From Candidatus Buchananbacteria bacterium (GTDB lineage Bacteria; Patescibacteriota; Patescibacteriia; Buchananbacterales; UBA6539): a stretch of DNA of 64,000 bases. This document shows, in pieces, positions 39,038-49,127 of this stretch (positions are counted from its first letter, which is position 1; each line of letters begins with the position of its first letter). The DNA lies in NCBI GenBank assembly GCA_013359225.1, contig JABWCG010000001.1, positions 70,410 through 134,409 of the forward strand. The letters are read 5' to 3'. The position numbers were made by a program, and so were the translations under genes. The notes below the pieces were generated by a model, which did no database searches, was not told where the DNA came from, and saw nothing but the letters and a program-made list of their open reading frames with translations.

Positions 39038-39821
39038 GATTAAACTAAAATTTAAAAAATCTCTTTTATTAAGTTTTTTTGGCGGTAATTTTTTTGATAA
39101 AAGTAAACTGTTTATTTTGCCGTTTTGGATAAGTTTAGAAAAGAAATTTAAATTTGTTCCTAATTTCAGCTTGTGGGTAACCGTCAGTTTAACGGCTCGC
39201 TCAGCTAAAATTAAAATAACAGATGCTTACGATTATGACACATTATACGATGTCTTTGTTAATCGTGAATATTCTTTGCCAAATGATTTTTCCCCAAAAA
39301 CGATTTTTGATCTTGGCGGCCATGTGGGGTATACGGCAGTATATTTTCATTTGATGTATCCGGATGCAACGATATATGTTTTTGAGCCAAGCCATGATAA
39401 CTTTGTCAAATTAAAAGATAATACATCAGCGATTGCGGCAATCAAAATTTTTAATGTTGCAGTGGCCGCCACATCCGGTCAATTACCGTTTTACCATAAC
39501 CCCAAAAAATCAACTTCGTCATCGCTAGTCATTCGGGGTAATGATGGACCGTCGGAAACGGTTGAGGCAAAAACTATTGATCAGCTAATGGATGAATTAA
39601 ATATTTCTAAAATTGATCTTCTGAAATTTGATATTGAGGGCAGTGAGTACGATGTTTTTAAGGGTTCTAATCGTTTGTCTGACATTGCAGTTTTGATTGG
39701 GGAGCTCCACCCCAATCTGATTGGGGTGTCGGTTGATGATTTCTATCATTTATTTAACGGTTTTGAAGTGACAATCGATCAAAAAACCCGTGAAAAGTCT
39801 AAATTTTTAGCCAAAAAGTAG
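39030..39821 (+). CDS. FkbM-family methyltransferase.
   Basis: IFDLGGHVGYTAVYF…LKFDIEGSEYDVFKG. Confidence 0.7.
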   Translation: MNKIKLKFKKSLLLSFFGGNFFDKSKLFILPFWISLEKKFKFVPNFSLWVTVSLTARSAKIKITDAYDYDTLYDVFVNREYSLPNDFSPKTIFDLGGHVGYTAVYFHLMYPDATIYVFEPSHDNFVKLKDNTSAIAAIKIFNVAVAATSGQLPFYHNPKKSTSSSLVIRGNDGPSETVEAKTIDQLMDELNISKIDLLKFDIEGSEYDVFKGSNRLSDIAVLIGELHPNLIGVSVDDFYHLFNGFEVTIDQKTREKSKFLAKK

Positions 39822-39845
39822 TATTTTGATACTTATTGACACTTT

Positions 39846-40121
39846 ATGACACTTATTGATATAATAAGTGATATGTCAGAAGAAATTAAACCAAACGCTG
39901 TTTACACCACCGAAGAGGCAGAAAAACTGCTTAAAGTGAGTAACAGCACTATTAAACGGATGCTTAAACGTGGTCTGATTAAAGCCAATAAGGTTGGTCG
40001 ACAGTACCGGATTTTGGGCAAGGAGATTCTGCGGTTGGTATCGCCGGAAATTGAACAGCAGGCAATTAAGTCTTATTTGAGTATTAAAGGTAAGGTCGTT
40101 AATAAAATAAACAAATGGTAA
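39846..40121 (+). CDS. Small excisionase-like helix-turn-helix protein (HTH_17), embedded in the glycan operon.
   Basis: …YTTEEAEKLLKVSNSTIKRMLKRGLIKANKVGRQYRI…. 91 aa. Its 3' end overlaps the ABC exporter start. Confidence 0.55.
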   Translation: MTLIDIISDMSEEIKPNAVYTTEEAEKLLKVSNSTIKRMLKRGLIKANKVGRQYRILGKEILRLVSPEIEQQAIKSYLSIKGKVVNKINKW

Positions 40122-41923
40122 TGGCTACGCTGGCTTTAAAAGACAATCGGGTTTTGAAATTAATCAAGTTGTCAAAAAAGGCTTATGCCGATTTTAAATG
40201 GCAAATTGTACTTTTGACATTTTTTGGTTTCGTCGGCGGCGTGCTTGAAGGTATCGGTATTAATGCATTAGTACCGCTTTTTTCTTTCTCGCTTGGTTTA
40301 GGCGAAGGGCAAGATGACATTATTTCAAAAACGATCAAAAATATTTTTGAATTTTTTGGAATTAATTTTTCGGTTAAGTACCTATTGGTTTTGATTATTA
40401 TTTTATTTATTCTTAAAGCCTTAGTAACCGTATTTTTAGAATATTTACGTTTATATATAACTTCCGATTATGAAGTTAGAACTCGTAGCCGGTTATTTGA
40501 AAAAATCATCAAAGCCAATTGGCCGTATCATATTAAACAGCGAGCAGGAAATTTAGAAACCATTTTATTGATTGATGTGCCGGCTTCCGGCGGCCTGCTA
40601 AGTCAAATTAGTAGCACGATAATTATTTGCACTAGTTTGATTGTGTACGTTTTTGTGGCAGTCAACATTTCTTTAGTGATTACCCTGATTACGCTTGTGG
40701 TTGGTGCAATAATGTTTTTGGTGCTAAAACCATTAATCTATAAAACAAAAATTTTTGCCGGGCAGCGGGTTAATCTTAATAAAGATATTGCGCATCATAT
40801 CGGCGAAAATATTCAGGGTATCAAAACGGTTAAATCAATGGTTGCTTCTACGGCAGTATGGTCAAAAGGTGTTTTGTTGTTTGAAGAGCTAAAAAGATTA
40901 ACCATCAAATTAGGGATCTTAAAGAGTTTTAATGCTTCATTGATTCAGCCGGTTGGCGTAATTTTTGTTTCCTTGCTGTTTGCTTTTACTTATCAATCAG
41001 AAACTTTCAATCTGGCAATGCTGATCGCTATCGTTTACCTGATTCAACAAATTTTTGTTTATGTCCAGCAATTGCAGCGGACTTTGCAATCAATGAACGA
41101 ATTTCTGCCTCATTTAAATACGGTTATTCAGTATCAGGATTTAGCGGATAAGAATATCGAAGCCGATCAGGGGTCAAAAAACTTTTCATTTGAATCGGAA
41201 CTGGTTTTTTCTCAGGTTGGTTTTTCTTATAATAAAGAAAAACAAATTTTGAAGAATGTAAATTTGAATATCAAGAAAGGTGAAATGCTGGGACTTATTG
41301 GACCTTCGGGGGTCGGCAAAACGACTTTGGTTGATTTGGTTTTAAGGCTTTTACCGCTTCAACAGGGAGCTATTACCATTGATGGTGGTAGCATCAATGA
41401 CATTAAGCTTGACGAATGGCGAAAAAACATCGGCTATGTATCGCAGGACATTTTTTTAGTTAATGCCACGATTGCTGATAATATCAGATTTTATGACAAC
41501 CAGGTAACCCAAGATCAGATTATTTCTGCTGCTAAAATGGCTAATATATATGATTTTATTGATGGTTTACCAGAGAAATTCAATACGATGGTCGGGGATC
41601 GCGGCTTAATGCTTTCAGCCGGCCAGCGCCAGCGCCTGGTTATTGCCAGGATTTTGGCCAGAAATCCTCAAATCTTAATCCTTGATGAGGCGACTAGCGC
41701 TTTGGACAACGAATCAGAGGCGCAAATTCAATCAGTGATTAGAAATTTGAAAGGTAAAATAACGGTTTTAGCGATTGCTCATCGACTTTCAACTATTATG
41801 GATTCGGATCGCCTTGTGGTCTTGGACGCCGGTAATATTGTTGAAGAGGGCGTGCCGGGGGATTTGTTGAAACAAAAAGATTCTTATTTATTTAAAGTGT
41901 ATAATATTAGAAATAATAATTAG
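40115..41923 (+). CDS. ABC transporter, fused permease/ATPase (MsbA/PglK-like type I exporter). Candidate lipid-linked-oligosaccharide flippase.
   Basis: 6-TM N-terminal domain. Walker A GPSGVGKTT, signature LSAGQRQR, Walker B ILILDEATSALD. Confidence 0.85.
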   Translation: MVMATLALKDNRVLKLIKLSKKAYADFKWQIVLLTFFGFVGGVLEGIGINALVPLFSFSLGLGEGQDDIISKTIKNIFEFFGINFSVKYLLVLIIILFILKALVTVFLEYLRLYITSDYEVRTRSRLFEKIIKANWPYHIKQRAGNLETILLIDVPASGGLLSQISSTIIICTSLIVYVFVAVNISLVITLITLVVGAIMFLVLKPLIYKTKIFAGQRVNLNKDIAHHIGENIQGIKTVKSMVASTAVWSKGVLLFEELKRLTIKLGILKSFNASLIQPVGVIFVSLLFAFTYQSETFNLAMLIAIVYLIQQIFVYVQQLQRTLQSMNEFLPHLNTVIQYQDLADKNIEADQGSKNFSFESELVFSQVGFSYNKEKQILKNVNLNIKKGEMLGLIGPSGVGKTTLVDLVLRLLPLQQGAITIDGGSINDIKLDEWRKNIGYVSQDIFLVNATIADNIRFYDNQVTQDQIISAAKMANIYDFIDGLPEKFNTMVGDRGLMLSAGQRQRLVIARILARNPQILILDEATSALDNESEAQIQSVIRNLKGKITVLAIAHRLSTIMDSDRLVVLDAGNIVEEGVPGDLLKQKDSYLFKVYNIRNNN

Positions 41924-41926
41924 CGT

Positions 41927-42910
41927 ATGTTTGACGGAAAAACAATTCTAATCACCGGCGGAACCGGATCATTTGGCCGAACATTTACCAAATATCTTTT
42001 GGATAATTTTAATCCCAAAAAGATTATTATTTTTAGTCGTGATGAATTTAAGCAGCACCAGATGAATATGGATTTTAATGATCAGCGGATTCGATTTTTC
42101 ATCGGTGACGTTCGTGATTTATCGCGACTGCAGCGAGCGCTTAAAGGCGTTGATATTGTTATTCATGCGTCGGCCTTAAAACAAGTGCCGGCGATGGAGT
42201 ATAATCCGTTTGAGGCCATCAAAACTAATGTGCTTGGGTCTCAAAATGTGATTGAAGCAGCTATTGATCAGCAGGTGCCTAAGGTGCTTTTAATTTCAAC
42301 CGACAAAGCTGCTCACCCGATTAATTTGTATGGGGCAACAAAATTATCAGCAGAAAAAATCTTTATTGCCAGTAATTCATATGCGCCAAAGAAAACCGTT
42401 TTTGCCGCCGTTCGATATGGCAATGTCATCGGGAGCCGCGGCAGCGTGATTGATCTGATCAAGCGGGGAGAATTCAGCAGCGAGGCAGTAAAGATTACTG
42501 ACCCAGAAATGACAAGATTTTGGATCACTTTGCGTCAGGCCTGCGAACTGGTGGTTTTTGCTTTAGAAAACATGGAAGGCGGCGAAATTTTTGTCCCCAA
42601 AATTCCAAGCATGAAAATCGCCGATATGTTTAAAGCGGTGTTGCCGAAGGCCAAACAGGAAGTAATTGGTATTCGTCCGGGTGAAAAACTCCATGAGGCT
42701 TTATTAACTCAGGATGAGGCCAGGCATTCAGTTGAACTGGAAAAATATTTTGTTATTTTGCCAGAATTTCATTTTTTCTCTAAGGATGAAGATTTGTACG
42801 CTAAATATTATGACTCAGGCAAAAAACTTGAACCAAATTTTCAGTACACTAGTGACAAGAATCATGATTGGCTGACTGATGAACAGATGAAAGATCTGGT
42901 TAAAAATTAG
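41927..42910 (+). CDS. pseB: UDP-N-acetylglucosamine 4,6-dehydratase (PseB/FlaA1/CapD family).
   Basis: Near-collinear with H. pylori FlaA1 (TILITGGTGSFG…FFIGDVRD…IHAAALKQVP…EYNP…). Confidence 0.85.
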   Translation: MFDGKTILITGGTGSFGRTFTKYLLDNFNPKKIIIFSRDEFKQHQMNMDFNDQRIRFFIGDVRDLSRLQRALKGVDIVIHASALKQVPAMEYNPFEAIKTNVLGSQNVIEAAIDQQVPKVLLISTDKAAHPINLYGATKLSAEKIFIASNSYAPKKTVFAAVRYGNVIGSRGSVIDLIKRGEFSSEAVKITDPEMTRFWITLRQACELVVFALENMEGGEIFVPKIPSMKIADMFKAVLPKAKQEVIGIRPGEKLHEALLTQDEARHSVELEKYFVILPEFHFFSKDEDLYAKYYDSGKKLEPNFQYTSDKNHDWLTDEQMKDLVKN

Positions 42911-42917
42911 AGTTATT

Positions 42918-44018
42918 ATGATCCCATACGGCAGACAAACAATTGATGAAAAAGACATTGCGGCAGTTGTTAAGGTTTTAAAATCAGATTGGCTGACTCA
43001 GGGTCCGAAAGTTTTAGAGTTTGAAACAGCGTTGGCAAAATATTGCGGTGCCAAATATGCCGTGGTTGCCAGCAATGGTACGGCGGCGTTGTTGCTGGCT
43101 TATCTGGCCGGCGGCATTAAAAAAGGTGATGAGGTAATTACGACGCCAAATACGTTTGTTGCGACGAGTAATATGCTTTTGGTTTTAGGTGCCAGACCGG
43201 TTTTTTGTGATATTCGTCTTGACACCTATAATATCGACGAATCAAAAATTGAAAAATTGATCACTAAAAAAACCAAAGCCATTGTTCCTGTTCATTTTGG
43301 CGGCCAACCGGTGGCATTAGACGTTATTAGAAAAATTGCCCGGCGACACAAACTGCTCGTGATTGAAGACGCCTGCCATAGTTTAGGGGCAAAATATAAG
43401 AATAAAAAAATCGGCAGCATTTCTGATATGACCGTTTTTAGTTTTCATCCAGTTAAAAGTATTGCTACTGGCGAAGGTGGGGCGGTTTTGACCAACGATA
43501 AAAATGTATACCATCAGCTAAAGCTATTGCGTAGCCACGGTATCACCAAGGATGCTAAAGGTTTTAATGTTATGACTGAGTTGGGCCATAACTTTCGTTT
43601 GACGGACATTCAGGCAGCTTTGGGAATTAGCCAATTGAAGAAGATAAATCAATTTGTCGCTAAGCGACGACTGTTAGTTAAAAAATATCAGCAACGGTTA
43701 AAAGGCATCGATCAGATAATTTTACCCCAAGAAATTAAAGGTAATTTTAGCAGTTGGCATTTGTATGTTATCAGAACTAAAAAGGCTTCTGACCGTTTGC
43801 CGCTGTATAATTATTTGTTGAGTAAGGGGGTTGGTGTTAATTTTCATTACCCGGCCGTCTATAGTCAGCCCTATTATCGTCGCCACAGATATCAAAAAAC
43901 TAAACTGGAAAACGATGAGTTGTACACTAAGACAGCTATTACCTTGCCGCTTTTTCCAACTTTACGCGACCGGGATCATCAGTATGTGTGCAATCAGATT
44001 AAAAATTTTTTTAATTAG
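42918..44018 (+). CDS. pseC: DegT/DnrJ/EryC1-family PLP aminotransferase (PseC-like UDP-4-keto-6-deoxy-sugar transaminase).
   Basis: DegT motifs (…DWLTQGPKV…, …FSFHPVKSIATGEGG… with PLP Lys). Confidence 0.85.
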   Translation: MIPYGRQTIDEKDIAAVVKVLKSDWLTQGPKVLEFETALAKYCGAKYAVVASNGTAALLLAYLAGGIKKGDEVITTPNTFVATSNMLLVLGARPVFCDIRLDTYNIDESKIEKLITKKTKAIVPVHFGGQPVALDVIRKIARRHKLLVIEDACHSLGAKYKNKKIGSISDMTVFSFHPVKSIATGEGGAVLTNDKNVYHQLKLLRSHGITKDAKGFNVMTELGHNFRLTDIQAALGISQLKKINQFVAKRRLLVKKYQQRLKGIDQIILPQEIKGNFSSWHLYVIRTKKASDRLPLYNYLLSKGVGVNFHYPAVYSQPYYRRHRYQKTKLENDELYTKTAITLPLFPTLRDRDHQYVCNQIKNFFN

Positions 44019-44020
44019 TT

Positions 44021-44695
44021 ATGAACCAAAAAGGCGAAAAAATTTTAGCAGTCATTATCGCCCGGGGAGGTTCAAAGTCAATTCCGGGGAAAAACTTGCT
44101 TGATTTTAAAGGTAAGCCCCTGGTGGCTTGGCCGATTGAATTGGCTAAATCAGTTTCACAGATTGATCGGGTGATTATTTCAACTGATAGTGCCGACATT
44201 GCTGAAACAGCCAAGAAGTATGGCGCCGAGGTACCATTTATGCGTCCGGCTGAGCTTGCGACGGACGACGCGCCAACCCTGCCAGTTTTGCAGCATGCCG
44301 TAAAATTTTTAGAAGAAAACCAAAATTTTAAAGCTGATATTATTTTGTTGTTTTATCCCACTTCACCAATGTTAAGCCGCTCTCGGGTTGAAGAAGCCTT
44401 GTTGATGCTGGAAAGTTCTGATTGTAACAGTGTAGTGAGCGTCGTAGAAGACCATGGGCGGTTCTGGGAAAAAACGGAAGGTGCTTTTAAAGTTTTTTAT
44501 CCCAAAGATCGTCTTAACCGTCAGTATTTTCAGCCACTATATAGAGAAAATGGCGCAATTTATTTTTCGCGCTATGTGGTATTAATGAATCAGAATAAAA
44601 TCATTGACGAATCAGCTGTTAAATTATTGGTGATGGCGCCGGATGAATCAGTTGATATTGATAATTGGGCTGATTTAGCAAAGGCAAAGAGGTGA
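44021..44695 (+). CDS. Acylneuraminate/pseudaminate cytidylyltransferase (CMP-NulO synthetase, PseF/NeuA family).
   Basis: AVIIARGGSKSIPGKNL N-terminal signature. Confidence 0.8.
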   Translation: MNQKGEKILAVIIARGGSKSIPGKNLLDFKGKPLVAWPIELAKSVSQIDRVIISTDSADIAETAKKYGAEVPFMRPAELATDDAPTLPVLQHAVKFLEENQNFKADIILLFYPTSPMLSRSRVEEALLMLESSDCNSVVSVVEDHGRFWEKTEGAFKVFYPKDRLNRQYFQPLYRENGAIYFSRYVVLMNQNKIIDESAVKLLVMAPDESVDIDNWADLAKAKR

Positions 44696-44702
44696 AAAGA
44701 TT

Positions 44703-45314
44703 ATGGATTTTGACGGGTTAATTACTTTTTCAGGAGGATTAAAGCAGAGCAAAGACGGTTCCTGGCGAACTACTAATTTTAATGAAGCGGGCGATAAATC
44801 GGGGGTGCTTGGCGATCGATTACGAATTTTAGCGGCAGCGCATTTAGCAAAAATATACCCGCAGGCGACAGTATTCGTTTTGGGGGGCAGAGGTTATCAG
44901 ACTATTAATCCGCAAGCACCAAAGATTTCTGATGTCATGGAGCGCGAACTTGTTGAATTAGGTGTCGCTAAGAATCGGATAATTAAAGATGGCGAATCAG
45001 GCAGTTCATATGAGCAATTACGGTATGTGAATAGTCTAGTAAAAAACCAGCGTTTGAAAAAAATTGGACTTATTTCTAATCGGTATCATTTGCCAAGGTT
45101 GAAAACGATGATTGAGCATCTGGCTGATTTGTCAGATTTGCAAAACGCTGCACTTGAATTTTTGTCGGCTGAAGATGTGTTGATAGAAAAAAATCCTGAT
45201 CGCTGGAAAAAAGAAATTGACGAAGCGTATCAAACCCCGGCAGTCAAGAAGCGAATTCAGCTTGAAGAGCAGGGGATTACCGATTTAAAAAGCGGTCAAT
45301 ACCGCCTTAAATAA
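44703..45314 (+). CDS. DUF218 (YdcF/ElyC/SanA-family) protein.
   Basis: …VFVLGGRG… and …SNRYHLPR… segments match the DUF218 core. Confidence 0.5.
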   Translation: MDFDGLITFSGGLKQSKDGSWRTTNFNEAGDKSGVLGDRLRILAAAHLAKIYPQATVFVLGGRGYQTINPQAPKISDVMERELVELGVAKNRIIKDGESGSSYEQLRYVNSLVKNQRLKKIGLISNRYHLPRLKTMIEHLADLSDLQNAALEFLSAEDVLIEKNPDRWKKEIDEAYQTPAVKKRIQLEEQGITDLKSGQYRLK

Positions 45315-45316
45315 TT

Positions 45317-46387
45317 ATGAAAATTCCAGATTTAAAAATTATTAGTCCGTTAGGCGAGCGCTTGATTGGCCTCACTCAGCCGGTTTTTATTGTGGCTGAA
45401 ATGTCGGGTAATCATAATCAATCAATTAACCAAGCTAAAAGAATTATTGATGCGGCGGCTCAGGCCGGCGTTGACGCGGTAAAATTGCAGACTTATACTC
45501 CAGACACTATCACTATTGATTCTGACAAAGAATATTTTCAAGTTAAAGTCAACGATACCTGGAAGGGTCAGACACTTTATCAGTTGTATCAAAAAACGTA
45601 TACCCCCTGGGAATGGCATGAAGAATTGCGAGATTACGCGGTGAAACAGGGGTTGATATTTTTCTCAACACCCTTTGATGACACGGCAGTTGATTTTTTG
45701 GAAGGCTTGAATGTTCCCTTGTATAAAATTGCTTCTTTTGAGTTAGTTGACGTACCACTGCTAAAAAAGATTGCTTCAACTAAAAAGCCGGTGATTATTT
45801 CGCGGGGAATGTCTAATGAAGCGGAGATTAATTTGGCGATTAAAACGCTTAAGGATTTTGGGTGTCCGAGCATTTCGTTGCTACACTGTGTCAGCGCCTA
45901 TCCGGCTAAAACCGAAGAAATGAATTTGGCAACGATTGCCGATTTAACCCAGAGGTTTGGCGTCGTTCCCGGTCTATCGGACCATAGCTTGAGTCCGCAT
46001 GTTCCGGCTGTAGCTTTAGGTCTTGGCGCCAAAGTAATTGAAAAACATCTGACGCTTAACCGTGCTGACGGCGGGCCTGACGCCGCTTTTTCGCTTGAGC
46101 CGCAGGAATTTAAAAATCTAGTTGGTACCCTAAGAGATTTAGAAAGGGGCCTGGGCCAGGCGCGCTATGACGTTTTGCCGCAGGAGCAAGAAAATATCAT
46201 TTTTAGAAAATCCTTATTTGTTGTTGCGGATGTTAGGAAGGGGGAAACGTTAAATAAGCAGAATGTGCGCTCAATCAGGCCAGGGCACGGGCTTGAGCCG
46301 AAATATTATGATGAAGTTTTGGGCAAAGAAGCGGCCGTTGATATCAAGCGCGGTACGCCGTTAGCCTGGGGTTTAATTAAAAAGTAG
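45317..46387 (+). CDS. NeuB-family nonulosonic acid synthase (pseudaminic/N-acetylneuraminic acid synthase) with C-terminal SAF domain.
   Basis: …PVFIVAEMSGNHNQSINQAKRIIDAAAQAGVDAVKLQTY…. C-terminal SAF-like region. 356 aa. Confidence 0.85.
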   Translation: MKIPDLKIISPLGERLIGLTQPVFIVAEMSGNHNQSINQAKRIIDAAAQAGVDAVKLQTYTPDTITIDSDKEYFQVKVNDTWKGQTLYQLYQKTYTPWEWHEELRDYAVKQGLIFFSTPFDDTAVDFLEGLNVPLYKIASFELVDVPLLKKIASTKKPVIISRGMSNEAEINLAIKTLKDFGCPSISLLHCVSAYPAKTEEMNLATIADLTQRFGVVPGLSDHSLSPHVPAVALGLGAKVIEKHLTLNRADGGPDAAFSLEPQEFKNLVGTLRDLERGLGQARYDVLPQEQENIIFRKSLFVVADVRKGETLNKQNVRSIRPGHGLEPKYYDEVLGKEAAVDIKRGTPLAWGLIKK

Positions 46388-46389
46388 CT

Positions 46390-46848
46390 ATGACTGAATC
46401 ATCACTGAAAGTACGCCCAGCCGTTCAAGCGGATTCACGCCGAGTGTGGGAAATTCGTAATCATCCGCAGGTTCGCGAAGTTTCTGGCAACCCACAGGCT
46501 TTTAGTTTTGAATCGCACAATGCGTGGTTTGAAAATAAATATTTCAGCGCTGGCGATAACCGTTGTTACGTATTGGAGGTTGCCGAGGTAGTTTCTGGCT
46601 ATTGTCGTCTTGATTTTGATCAGCAAAAAAAGTGGTATGTTATTTCAATTGCCCTTGATCCAGAGTTGCAGGGGAGGGGTTTAGGCAATTATCTGTTGCA
46701 AGAGGTGATTAAGAATTTTGACCGGCAAGTTAAAATTTTTGCGGAAATAAAAAAAACTAATGCTCCTTCGCTAAAACTTTTTGAAAAGAATGGCTTTAAG
46801 ATTTTTGATGAAGACGAAAATAATTTTTATCTGAACTATGGAGAATAA
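46390..46848 (+). CDS. GNAT-family N-acetyltransferase (PseH-like).
   Basis: Start LKVRPAVQADSRRVWEIRNHPQVR resembles PseH. GNAT motif A (QGRGLGNYLL). Confidence 0.65.
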   Translation: MTESSLKVRPAVQADSRRVWEIRNHPQVREVSGNPQAFSFESHNAWFENKYFSAGDNRCYVLEVAEVVSGYCRLDFDQQKKWYVISIALDPELQGRGLGNYLLQEVIKNFDRQVKIFAEIKKTNAPSLKLFEKNGFKIFDEDENNFYLNYGE

Positions 46849-48367
46849 TAATGAATTTAATTTATCGGGCCGACGGGTTTTGATTTTTATCCAGCGTGGA
46901 TGGGGGTTACGGGTCGGTCATTTTTTGGCTAAGAAATTGCAGGCTCAAGGTTGTACTTTGGCGGCGTTAACCTACAAGAAAAGCACTCATCAGTCCGCGC
47001 TTAATCAGACTGAAGTTAAATATGAGATGATTATTAATAACGATGAAGTAATGGAAGACCCCGGAAAATATTTAGCGACTGATGATTATACTTTAGAACA
47101 AATTTGCAGCGATTTAGGGATTGATTCTGTCTGGCCGATTATTGGCACTCTGCGTTGGCACGTTAAAAGTTATCGCGACGCTTATTATTACGGCTATAAG
47201 CAGAATGTTAGCGATGAAGAAATTATCCTTTATGTTAAGGCGGTATATAAATATGTTAATAAAATTTTGGATGAGTTTAAACCGGAAGTTATTATTGCTC
47301 CAAACTTTTTGGAGTTATCGCACATCTTTGTAAATATTTTAGCCGCTAAACGAGGAATCACGATGATGGCGGCAACGGATTGTAAGATTCAGGGCAAAAG
47401 TATTTTTTCGTATAGTTATCTAAATGATCGCGGCCCATTTTATGATTATGTTGACGGATTAAACGATAAAAAGTTCACCAGTCACAACGTGCCCGCTGCT
47501 CAAAAATATATTAAAGAGTTTAGAGAATCGTTTAAAGTGCCAAAATATTCACAGCGCATTAATAAGCGGTATGCTTCGTGGCGGGGCAAAATCAAGCGTG
47601 AATTAAAAGTTTTTTATGATATTTTTAATTATTTTAAATATGGCAAAGTTAATGCCCTGAAAAATATTGGTCCTAGTATTGATTACCGCACACCAAGAAT
47701 TATTCTTCGTGATCATCTGGCCAAGCGGCGTTATCGCCGGGCAGCCGACCATTTCCATTATTATCCCTTTAATAAATTAGACAAGTTTGTCTATTTCCCG
47801 TTGCAGTTCCAGCCCGAAGCTACGATCGATGTTATGGCGGCACGGTTTAATAATCAGATTGAAACTGCCCGGCAAGTTGCAATGTCATTGCCTGATGATT
47901 ATACTCTGGCAGTAAAGGATCATCCCGCGATGCTTGGCATGCGAAGCCGGTCCTATTTGGAGAAGCTAAGCCGAACGCCGAACGTCAAATTAATTGATTA
48001 TCGCATCCCGACTAAAGACATTTTGCAAAAAACTGCTTTAATTATTAGTCCAAGCAGCACTACAGTGGCTGAGGCGGCGTTTTATAATAAACCGGCAATT
48101 CAGTTGGGAGATTTGGGGACAACTTTAAAATTGCCTAACGTATTTTGGCACAATAATTTGGCAACGTTATCAGGTAAAATTAAAGAAATCATCAAGCTTG
48201 ATTTGCACACTGATGAATACGAACGCCGGCTTGAGAATTATGTTGCTGCGGCGATTGACACAGGTTTTGATTTTGATTATGTAAGTGCCTGGGAAGAGGG
48301 TAAGGGAAATCTGGAAGAGTTGTGGCCGGTCTATCGGCGTGAGATTATTAATTGTTTAAAGCCATAA
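46838..48367 (+). CDS. GT-B-fold protein of unknown specificity (TagF/KpsS-Capsule_synth/PseG-like features). Candidate UDP-sugar hydrolase or CMP-ulosonic-acid transferase.
   Basis: N-terminal RVLIFIQRGWGLRVGHFLAKKL (GT-B N-domain G-loop/His). C-terminal …ALIISPSSTTVAEAAFYNKPAI… is shared with the ORF at 49102. Confidence 0.4.
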   Translation: MENNNEFNLSGRRVLIFIQRGWGLRVGHFLAKKLQAQGCTLAALTYKKSTHQSALNQTEVKYEMIINNDEVMEDPGKYLATDDYTLEQICSDLGIDSVWPIIGTLRWHVKSYRDAYYYGYKQNVSDEEIILYVKAVYKYVNKILDEFKPEVIIAPNFLELSHIFVNILAAKRGITMMAATDCKIQGKSIFSYSYLNDRGPFYDYVDGLNDKKFTSHNVPAAQKYIKEFRESFKVPKYSQRINKRYASWRGKIKRELKVFYDIFNYFKYGKVNALKNIGPSIDYRTPRIILRDHLAKRRYRRAADHFHYYPFNKLDKFVYFPLQFQPEATIDVMAARFNNQIETARQVAMSLPDDYTLAVKDHPAMLGMRSRSYLEKLSRTPNVKLIDYRIPTKDILQKTALIISPSSTTVAEAAFYNKPAIQLGDLGTTLKLPNVFWHNNLATLSGKIKEIIKLDLHTDEYERRLENYVAAAIDTGFDFDYVSAWEEGKGNLEELWPVYRREIINCLKP

Positions 48368-48371
48368 GCAT

Positions 48372-49127
48372 ATGAATTTTATGGTTCGACCGTCAAAATC
48401 ATTTTTATTTGACCTGCTGGAGTCTAAATTGTGCCGCTTGTCCGGAGAAGTTGGGTTAGATGCAGCGTGTGATAATATGAAAAACCGGCGGATGTTTAAA
48501 ACCAAAAAATATATTGGCTTAGATATTAATCTTGAGACTTTAATTAAGGTGTCATCGAAATCAACTGTCCTTCAATCGCAGCAGCTGTATTCGGTGCATG
48601 CGGATATGGCGAATCTGAATGGTCTGACAAAAAACAGCTGTGATGTTGTCGTTTCAACTAATACCATCTATCAGATTCCTAAGAACCTTCAAGCTAATGT
48701 AATTTTAAATCTTTGTGAGATGGTCAACAGTCGCGGTACATTCATTTGTGAATTATCACTTAATGATCAATTCGATGAGCTGTTGGCGATTATTAAAAAA
48801 TATTTTGTCAAAATGCAGATATATTACTATAAAAATTGGTTAAGTCAAAAATATGAAAAAATTTTTGAACGAGATGGCTACTTGGGGTCCCATCCCATTG
48901 CGAGTAAAAAATTTTTTAGATTTTTAGCTTGGCTGATTAGTCGGGGTGAATTTTTGACGTATCGTAATCGTCGGGGGAAAAAACACGCCGTTATTATTGC
49001 TACCGCGCGGCACGAAGCAAAGGATGAAGTTTTTAGTTTGTCAGGCGTGCCAATTGTCGCCGGGAATATTTATTCTTTATTTGAATATCAAAGGAATATA
49101 AATGATAATGATGATAAAAAAAATTAA
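48372..49127 (+). CDS. Hypothetical protein, possibly a class I methyltransferase-like protein.
   Basis: Weak motif-I-like YIGLDIN and CDVVVSTNTIYQIP. Low confidence. Confidence 0.3.
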   Translation: MNFMVRPSKSFLFDLLESKLCRLSGEVGLDAACDNMKNRRMFKTKKYIGLDINLETLIKVSSKSTVLQSQQLYSVHADMANLNGLTKNSCDVVVSTNTIYQIPKNLQANVILNLCEMVNSRGTFICELSLNDQFDELLAIIKKYFVKMQIYYYKNWLSQKYEKIFERDGYLGSHPIASKKFFRFLAWLISRGEFLTYRNRRGKKHAVIIATARHEAKDEVFSLSGVPIVAGNIYSLFEYQRNINDNDDKKN

